From an uncultured Rhodovulum sp. (GTDB taxonomy: Bacteria > Pseudomonadota > Alphaproteobacteria > Rhodobacterales > Rhodobacteraceae): a stretch of DNA of 64,000 nt. Under the pieces are notes generated by a model, which saw only the letters and a program-made list of their open reading frames with translations, had not been told where the DNA came from and did no database searches. This document shows, in pieces, positions 57,521-64,000 of the stretch; within the stretch, counting starts at the first letter, position 1, and every line of letters starts with the position of its first letter. The DNA is taken from contig CAZESN010000001.1 in NCBI GenBank assembly GCA_964514775.1, positions 5,224 to 69,223 of the forward strand. The letters run 5' to 3'. The position numbers were made by a program, and so were the translations under genes.

Positions 57521-58348
57521 ATGACACCTAAATCCGGCCAATCTGGCAGCGACTCTCTCTTACCGCGGCTCATCAGCTTCGACCCCGATCCCTTCACGTC
57601 GCCGGTCGTCGGAAAGATCATGGAAGTGGACGGCACCTCTGATGTGCCGATGCACCAGCACGTCAGAGGCCAGTTGATCACGACGATGCGGGGGACGGTC
57701 CGGACCGAGACGGTGGACGGGATGTGGCCCATCCTGCCCCAGAGCGGGCTCTGGATCCCGAGCGGTCAGCCGCATCGCAGCGTCGTGTCGTCGCGGGCTG
57801 AGATCGCGACCATCTACATCGTCCCAGGCGCCGTTCGCCTGCCGGCGACGGCATGCTTCCTGGGCCTGACGCCGCTCCTGAACGAGATGGTGCTGCATAT
57901 CGCGCGCCTTGCCCGGGATTACGCCAGCGGCAGCAGGGATGCCCGCATCGCTAGCCTGCTCTGCGAGGAGCTCTCAGACGCGCCAGTCGACCGTCTCTAC
58001 GTGGTCATGCCGCGCGACCCGCGCCTGCAACGCATAGCGGCGGCGATTCTGGAAAACCCGGCCGACCGCCGGACCCTGCCCGAATGGGCCGAGATCGCGG
58101 CCATCAGCGAGCGGGGACTGCGCAGGCACGTGGAAGCGGAGCTGGGGATGAGCTTCGGGAGATGGCGCCAGCAGTTCCGACTAGCCATCGCCCTGCGCGA
58201 ACTGGCGAGAGGAGTTCCGATCAAGACGATCTCCTATCGACTCGGATATGAATCCGTGAGCGCCTTCTCCACCATGTTCAAGAAGGCCATGGGCCATCCC
58301 CCCGGCCACTACTCGGCGCGCCGCCAGATTGAACCTCCCAGGGAATGA
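57521..58348 (+). CDS. AraC-family regulator with cupin sensor
   Basis: HQH.RGQL, WIP.G..H, P.DPRL, GMSF..WRQQ and LGY.S.SAF..MFKK motifs. Confidence 0.92.
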   Translation: MTPKSGQSGSDSLLPRLISFDPDPFTSPVVGKIMEVDGTSDVPMHQHVRGQLITTMRGTVRTETVDGMWPILPQSGLWIPSGQPHRSVVSSRAEIATIYIVPGAVRLPATACFLGLTPLLNEMVLHIARLARDYASGSRDARIASLLCEELSDAPVDRLYVVMPRDPRLQRIAAAILENPADRRTLPEWAEIAAISERGLRRHVEAELGMSFGRWRQQFRLAIALRELARGVPIKTISYRLGYESVSAFSTMFKKAMGHPPGHYSARRQIEPPRE

Positions 58349-58393
58349 GACCCGGGCCGGCTGGTTGCGGGTTTCGCCAGCGCATGCAGACAA

Positions 58394-59626
58394 TCAGTTT
58401 GCGGCCTGCCTCCGCCGGACGGCTTCGACGATGCGCACAGCGGCCTCGAGCACCTGCGCGCGCGGACATCCGAGGTTGATGCGCATGAAGCCCGCTCCGC
58501 CCGCGCCGTAGCGCGGCCCGTTGTCCATCCAGACCCGGGCCTGCGTCAGCATGAACTGCGCCAGATCCTCCGGCTCGAGACCGAGGGCGGTGCAGTCGAT
58601 CCAGGCCAGGAACAGCGCATCCGCCGGCATCACCTGCAGGCCGACCCCGGCCTGATTTATGGCGGTAGCGAAAACCCGATGATTCTCACGCACATAGTCC
58701 AGCATCGCCTCGAGCCACGCCTCGCCGCCGCTGTAGGCCGCCGTTGCCGCCGTCATCCCCAGAGTATTCACCATGGGATAGATGTTGCGCTCGTACTGGC
58801 GGAGCAACTCGGCACGACGCCGGGGATCCGGCACCACCATGTTAGCGCATTGCAGGCCCGGGACGTTGAAGGTCTTGCTGGCCGCGAAGCACGTTATGCT
58901 GTTTCCGGAGAACGCGTCACCCAGTGAAGCGAACGGCGTGTGGCTCAGCGCCGGGTTCATGATCAGATCCTGATGGATCTCGTCCGAAACGACCAGAACG
59001 CCATGCCGGGCGCAGATCTCGCCCATGCTCGTCAGCTCGTCGCGGGTCCAGACGTTACCGGTCGGATTGTGCGGATTGCTCAGCAGGAACAGTTTGGTAT
59101 CGGGCAGGATCGCCGCCTCGAAGACCTCGGGATCATAGGCGAAGCGGTCACCGCGACGCACCAGCGGCGCAGCGGTGACATGCCGGCCGTTGAGATGCAC
59201 GTCCTCATGAAAATGCGCATAGACCGGCGGCTGGATCAGGATGGAATCCCCCACCGCGGAGAATGCCTGCATGATGGTCTTGATGGCGGTGATCACGCCG
59301 GGCACCGGCACAACCCACTCGGGCGCGACCTCCCAGCCGAACCGGCGTCGCTGCCAGCCCGTCACCGCGGCGAGATAGTCGTCCGGAACCCCGCCGACAT
59401 AGCCGAAAATGCCGTGGGCGACGGCCTGATGCAGGGCTTCGGTCACCACGTCCGGGACACGGAAGTCCATGTCGGCAAGCCACATCGGCAGCGGGTCGGC
59501 GGCGGCGGCCTCGGGCGAGAGGAAATCCTCCGCGCAGGACCACTTCATCGAGTTGCTCCGGCGCCGGTCAAGGACGGCGTCGAACAGCGATGCCGGAACC
59601 GCGGCGGTTTTCTGAGACGATGACAT
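58394..59626 (-). CDS. MalY/PatB-family PLP C-S lyase (cystathionine beta-lyase-like)
   Basis: SMKW, PMWLADMDF, HGIFGY, NPHNPTG, SDEIH, ASKTFN and RIN.GCPR motifs. Confidence 0.92.
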   Translation of the reverse strand: MSSSQKTAAVPASLFDAVLDRRRSNSMKWSCAEDFLSPEAAAADPLPMWLADMDFRVPDVVTEALHQAVAHGIFGYVGGVPDDYLAAVTGWQRRRFGWEVAPEWVVPVPGVITAIKTIMQAFSAVGDSILIQPPVYAHFHEDVHLNGRHVTAAPLVRRGDRFAYDPEVFEAAILPDTKLFLLSNPHNPTGNVWTRDELTSMGEICARHGVLVVSDEIHQDLIMNPALSHTPFASLGDAFSGNSITCFAASKTFNVPGLQCANMVVPDPRRRAELLRQYERNIYPMVNTLGMTAATAAYSGGEAWLEAMLDYVRENHRVFATAINQAGVGLQVMPADALFLAWIDCTALGLEPEDLAQFMLTQARVWMDNGPRYGAGGAGFMRINLGCPRAQVLEAAVRIVEAVRRRQAAN

Positions 59627-59675
59627 GAGTAATCCTGCTGGAGAAATCGCTTGGCGCCGCGAGAAGTGGCCCGGC

Positions 59676-60839
59676 TCAGGATACCGGCAGCCGCTGCTCG
59701 ACCATCTCGACATACCAGGACGCCCCATAGGGCAGAGCCGCGTCGTTGAAGTCATAGCGCGCGTTGTGAAGCCCGGCGGAATCCCCGTTTCCGACAAGGA
59801 TATAGGCCCCGGGCCGCTGCTCCAGCATATAGGCGAAGTCCTCGGCGCCCAGGGTGGGTGCCGCCTCGTCACAACCACCCGCGATCGATCTGGCGGCGTC
59901 CATGGCATGCGCGGTCTCGGCCTCCGAATTGACCATCACCGGATAGCCCGGCCACCAGCGCACCTCGGCAGTGGCCCCGAAACCGGCGGCGATCGCGGGG
60001 CAGAGTTCCTTGAGACGGGCTTCGGCCATCGTCCGGGCATCCGGCTGCAAGGTGCGCAGCGTCCCCCGGAAGACGGCCTCGTCCGAGATTATGTTAAACA
60101 CCTTTGCCGAGCTTTCGATCGCCGTGACCGACAGCACCACCTGCGAGATCGGATCAGCATAGCGTGACACGATGGTCTGCAGCGCGGTGACCATATGCGC
60201 GGCGATGATGATGGGATCGATCGTGGTATGCGGCCGCGCCGCATGGCCGCCGGTGCCGCGCACCACCACCTCGAAGCGATCTGTCGCGGCAAAGAACGCG
60301 CCGGAGCGGATGGAGAACTTGCCGATCTCAAGCCCGGGCGAATTGTGCATCCCGTAGATCTCGTCGATGGCGAAACGCTCCATCAGCCCGTCCTCGACCA
60401 TCGCCCGCCCCCCGGCGCCGCCCTCCTCCGCCGGCTGGAACACCACCACCGCACGGCCGGCGAAGTTGCGGGTCTCGGCGAGATAGCGCGCGGCCCCCAG
60501 CAGCATCGCCGTATGGCCGTCGTGGCCGCAGGCATGCATGAGCCCGGGGGCCTGCGAGGCATGGGGAAGGCCCGTCAGTTCCTCAATGGGAAGCGCATCC
60601 ATGTCCGCCCGAAGCGCAATCGTCCTGCCCGAGCCGGGCTGGTTTCCGTTGATCACCCCGACGACACCGGTCCTGCCGACGCCGGTGACCACCTCGTCAC
60701 ATCCAAAGCCGCGCAAGAGGTCGGCCACGATCCCGGCGGTTCGGTGCACCTCGTAGCCCAGTTCGGGATGCGCATGCAGATCCCGGCGCCAGGCCGCCAT
60801 GTCCGACTGGAGTTCGGCAAAACGGTTCTTGACCGGCAT
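59676..60839 (-). CDS. M20D amidohydrolase (hippurate hydrolase/N-acyl-amino-acid deacylase-like)
   Basis: RRDLHAHPEL, LRADMDALP, MHACGHDGH, FQPAEE, GGHAA.PH and AEDF motifs. Confidence 0.93.
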   Translation of the reverse strand: MPVKNRFAELQSDMAAWRRDLHAHPELGYEVHRTAGIVADLLRGFGCDEVVTGVGRTGVVGVINGNQPGSGRTIALRADMDALPIEELTGLPHASQAPGLMHACGHDGHTAMLLGAARYLAETRNFAGRAVVVFQPAEEGGAGGRAMVEDGLMERFAIDEIYGMHNSPGLEIGKFSIRSGAFFAATDRFEVVVRGTGGHAARPHTTIDPIIIAAHMVTALQTIVSRYADPISQVVLSVTAIESSAKVFNIISDEAVFRGTLRTLQPDARTMAEARLKELCPAIAAGFGATAEVRWWPGYPVMVNSEAETAHAMDAARSIAGGCDEAAPTLGAEDFAYMLEQRPGAYILVGNGDSAGLHNARYDFNDAALPYGASWYVEMVEQRLPVS

Positions 60840-60854
60840 GGGACTTTCCTTGGT

Positions 60855-61853
60855 TCAGATCGCAGGCTGGGGACCGTGTTCCGCGGCCAGATGACAGGCC
60901 GCCTCATGTCCCGAGTGACGCCATGTCAGGGGGGCGAGCGCCGAGCATTCGGATATCGCCACCGGGCATCTGGGGTGGAACGCGCATCCGCTGGGCACGT
61001 TCATCGGATCGGGGAAACTGGTGCCGAGCCCCAGATCCGGAATGCCGAGGGATGGATCGGGTGTCAGCGTGGATCCCAGAAGCGCCCGCGTATAGGGGTG
61101 ACGGGGGCTGGCGAAGAGCTCGGCCGCCGGGGCGGCTTCGACCACCTCGCCGAGGTACATGACCACGACACGGTGCGCCATGTGTTCGACCACCGCCATA
61201 TTGTGGGTGATCAGCACGTAGCTCACGCCGATGTCGCGCTGGATGTCGGTCAGCAGGTTCAGGATCTGGGCCTGGATCGATACATCCAGCGCCGAGGTCG
61301 GCTCGTCGCAGACGATCAGCTGCGGCTCGAGGATCAGCGCCCTCGCCAGTACCGCACGCTGGCGCTGCCCGCCGGACAGCTGCGAGGGATAGGCATCGAA
61401 ATTCCGCTTGGGCAGGCCGACATAGCCCAGCATCTCCTCGACCCGCTTGCGCCGGCCGGCCCGGTTGAACCGGCGATGGACGATAAGCGGCGCCTCGACG
61501 GATTCGAATATCGTGTGCCGCGGGTTGAGCGAGGAATACGGGTCCTGGAAGACGGGCTGGACGATGCGCGCGAACTCCAGCCGCTCATAGCGCCCGACGG
61601 CCCGGCCTGACAGCACCACCTCGCCGCTCTCCGGCTTGGTAAGGTTGAGCAGCATCCTGGCAACGGTCGACTTGCCGCACCCGGATTCGCCGACGATGGC
61701 CAGGGTCTTTCCGCGCTCGACCTCGAAGGAGACGCCCCGCACGGCCTGCAGCTTGCGGCGGGGCTTCAGCATACCGCCACCGACGCTGAAACTGCGCACC
61801 AGGCCCCGGACCGCCAGCAGCGGCATTTCCCCGTGTGTGGTCTCAAGCGGCAT
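60855..61853 (-). CDS. OppF/DppF-like ABC ATPase
   Basis: GESGCGKST, LSGGQRQR, HPYT..LL and GCAFHPRC motifs. Confidence 0.92.
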   Translation of the reverse strand: MPLETTHGEMPLLAVRGLVRSFSVGGGMLKPRRKLQAVRGVSFEVERGKTLAIVGESGCGKSTVARMLLNLTKPESGEVVLSGRAVGRYERLEFARIVQPVFQDPYSSLNPRHTIFESVEAPLIVHRRFNRAGRRKRVEEMLGYVGLPKRNFDAYPSQLSGGQRQRAVLARALILEPQLIVCDEPTSALDVSIQAQILNLLTDIQRDIGVSYVLITHNMAVVEHMAHRVVVMYLGEVVEAAPAAELFASPRHPYTRALLGSTLTPDPSLGIPDLGLGTSFPDPMNVPSGCAFHPRCPVAISECSALAPLTWRHSGHEAACHLAAEHGPQPAI

Positions 61854-62838
61854 GGCCGGCTCCCCGATTTCCATCGCCGGCCCCGGCGAGGATGCAGCGC
61901 CAGGCATGACCCTCCAGGCTCTGAACCGGCGGCGGGCTTGTCGTGCACTGAGGCTGCGCGACCGAGCAGCGCTCGGCGAATGCACACCCTGGAAGAGGGT
62001 CGATCAGCCCCGGCACCACACCCGGAATGGTAACCAGATGCCCGTTGGCATCGACCTTTCCGCCCGGCATCGAGGCAAGGAGCGCCCGGGTATACGGGTG
62101 TTTGGGGCTGTTGAACAATTCGGCGGCGGTGCCCGCCTCGACCACCTGCCCTGCATACATGACCAGCACCCGGTCCGCGATGCGCGACACCACCCCGAGG
62201 TCGTGGGTGATCAGCGCCATGCCGAGCTGCCGCTCGCGCTGGATCGAGCGGAACAGGTCCAGAAGCTGGATCTGGATGGTCACGTCTAGCGCTGACGTCG
62301 GCTCGTCCGCGAGGATCAGGTCGGGGTCGCACATCAGCGCCATTGCAATCATCACGCGCTGGCGAAGCCCGCCGGAAAGCTGGTGCGGATACTGCCCGAG
62401 CCGGCGGGAGGCGTTCGATATGCCGACCCGCTCCAGCAATCCGACGGCGCGGTTCAGCGCCTCGGCCTTGCTGCCCTTGCCGTGCCGGATGAAGCCTTCG
62501 ATCAGCTGGTTTCCGATGGTGTAGACAGGATTGAGACAGGTCATGGGGTCCTGAAAGACGAACCCGATCCGGCTGCCGCGCAGGCGATCCATCTGCCGGC
62601 GGGGCAGTGACTGCAGGTCGATGCCGTCGAACCGGATCTCGTCGGCGCTGCGCTGAGCCAGTGCCGGCAGCAGATCGACGATCGAAAGCGTGGAAATCGA
62701 CTTTCCAGACCCGGATTCGCCGACGATGCAAAGCGTCTCGCCCTTGTCGACGTCGAGGTCGATCCCCCGGACGGCATGCAGCATCCCCGCTTCCAGCGGC
62801 AGGCGGACATGCAGGTTGCGGACCTTGAGCAGGCTCAT
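61843..62838 (-). CDS. OppD/DppD-like ABC ATPase
   Basis: [25 protein letters not shown] and GCAFAERC motifs. Confidence 0.92.
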   Translation of the reverse strand: MSLLKVRNLHVRLPLEAGMLHAVRGIDLDVDKGETLCIVGESGSGKSISTLSIVDLLPALAQRSADEIRFDGIDLQSLPRRQMDRLRGSRIGFVFQDPMTCLNPVYTIGNQLIEGFIRHGKGSKAEALNRAVGLLERVGISNASRRLGQYPHQLSGGLRQRVMIAMALMCDPDLILADEPTSALDVTIQIQLLDLFRSIQRERQLGMALITHDLGVVSRIADRVLVMYAGQVVEAGTAAELFNSPKHPYTRALLASMPGGKVDANGHLVTIPGVVPGLIDPLPGCAFAERCSVAQPQCTTSPPPVQSLEGHAWRCILAGAGDGNRGAGHAA

Positions 62839-63707
62839 TTGCGCCCCCCCGGTGAAAAGTGGTTGCGCAGGCCATCGCCCAGCATGTTGACGCCGAGAAC
62901 CAGTACGAACAGGCAGAGGCCCGGGAGAACGATCAGCCAGGGCGCGAAGAAGATGTTCTGCTTGCCCTCCGACATCATCAGCCCCCAGCTCGGCGTGGGC
63001 GGCTGCACGCCAAGCCCCAGGAACGACAGCGAGCTTTCCAGCATGATCGCCATCGCAATCTCGACTGTCGCGACAACGAGGATCATCGGGAGGATATTGG
63101 GAAGCACCTCGCGGAGCAGGATCCGTGGGACCGAGGTCCCAATGGCACGGGCCGCCGCCACATACTCCGTATGCGATATCGCCTGTGCCGCCGACCGCGA
63201 GACCAGCAGGAACTGGTCCCACAGCAGCAGACCGAGCACCAGAATGATGGTGGTGAACGAGTTCCCGGTCATCGCCACCACCCCGAGCGCGACGATGACG
63301 ATTGGCAGCGCGAGGCGCACGTTCAGGAGATAGGAGAAAAAGAGATCTATCCGGCCACCGAAGAAGCCCGCCGAGATCCCCATCGCGACGCCGATCACGC
63401 CCGACAGTAGGATCGTGACGATCCCGATCGAGAGCGAGACCCTGGCCCCGTAGACCAGCCGGCTCAGATAGTCCCGGCCCAGATGGTCGGTGCCAAGGAC
63501 ATGGGCCCAGTCACCGTTCGGATACCACACCGGCGGCACCATCCGCCGCGTCAGATTGTTGAGATAAGGATCATGCGGCGCGATCAGAGGCGCGAATATG
63601 GCCATCAGCACCAGCAGCCCAACGACCGTCGACCCGCCGATCAAGGCCCAGTTCACCCGCCTCTTGCGGCGCCCGGCCGGCTTGCTCTCAGCAATTGCGG
63701 TAGCCAT
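62835..63707 (-). CDS. OppC/DppC-like permease
   Basis: LGTDHLGRD, EYVAAARAIG and LSFLGLGVQPP motifs. Confidence 0.92.
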   Translation of the reverse strand: MATAIAESKPAGRRKRRVNWALIGGSTVVGLLVLMAIFAPLIAPHDPYLNNLTRRMVPPVWYPNGDWAHVLGTDHLGRDYLSRLVYGARVSLSIGIVTILLSGVIGVAMGISAGFFGGRIDLFFSYLLNVRLALPIVIVALGVVAMTGNSFTTIILVLGLLLWDQFLLVSRSAAQAISHTEYVAAARAIGTSVPRILLREVLPNILPMILVVATVEIAMAIMLESSLSFLGLGVQPPTPSWGLMMSEGKQNIFFAPWLIVLPGLCLFVLVLGVNMLGDGLRNHFSPGGRK

Positions 63708-63710
63708 GGG

Positions 63711-64000
63711 CTAGTTCCCCCTGATGCGCGGATCGAGCAATGCGTTCAGCAGGTCGGCCGCCAGAGTCAGAAACACGTAGAACAGCGCGACGATCACCAG
63801 GATCGCCTGCACCACGGGAAAGTCGGCGCGCAGGATCGATTCCCACGCGAGATAGCCGATCCCCTCGATGGCAAAGATCGATTCGATCACCACCGACCCG
63901 CCGATCAGATGGCCGAGCTGCACTGCCGCGACCGAGACCACCGGCAGCATCGCGTTGCGCAGCGCATGCTTGAACACGAGCTGAAACGAAGAGAGGCCCT
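63711..64000 (-). CDS. OppB/DppB-like permease, 3' part only
   Basis: KHALRNA, GSVVIESIF and ADLL..LLDPRIR motifs; 5' end outside the window. Confidence 0.88.
   Translation of the reverse strand, partial: GLSSFQLVFKHALRNAMLPVVSVAAVQLGHLIGGSVVIESIFAIEGIGYLAWESILRADFPVVQAILVIVALFYVFLTLAADLLNALLDPRIRGN

Noticed and set aside
1-64000. CRISPR arrays, tRNA/rRNA, IS/transposase, integrase, phage or defence genes
   Set aside because: No spaced repeat arrays, RNA-gene signatures or mobile-element motifs were found by eye; almost all sequence is explained by metabolic, transport and regulator genes.

Overview
High-GC (roughly upper-60s % by eye), gene-dense DNA that looks alphaproteobacterial and is almost entirely accessory catabolism. 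I found no rRNA, tRNA, CRISPR, phage or transposase signal. Left to right: (1) Na/Pi cotransporter, orphan PstS-like binding protein and CorA. (2) Hydantoinase/oxoprolinase A+B, SDR, Liv-type ABC transporter, aminotransferase and a Nac-like LysR. (3) A second aminotransferase divergent from pxpB-pxpC-pxpA, a Nac-like LysR and a TRAP system. (4) An apparently lower-GC sugar-acid module at about 24.3-36.3 kb: two enolase-superfamily dehydratases, a DHDPS-family enzyme, FadR/GntR, two dehydrogenases and a peptide-type ABC transporter, with a shared operator-like motif. (5) An idonate/gluconate/erythronate dehydrogenase and HMG-aldolase run behind a third Nac-like LysR that appears to start at CTG. 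(6) The most unusual locus: accB-accC-pxpB-pxpC-[lysine-less BCCP paralog]-pxpA-SDR-TRAP-SDR, which has the parts of a urea-carboxylase-like biotin enzyme as separate genes plus a LamB/PxpA subunit. (7) An organosulfur/flavin region: LysR, an NtaA-family monooxygenase plus a decayed copy, SsuE, RibH2, AraC, a C-S lyase, an M20 amidohydrolase and an Opp/Dpp ABC transporter. Family calls come from motif recognition only, with no database search. All substrate proposals are inference.
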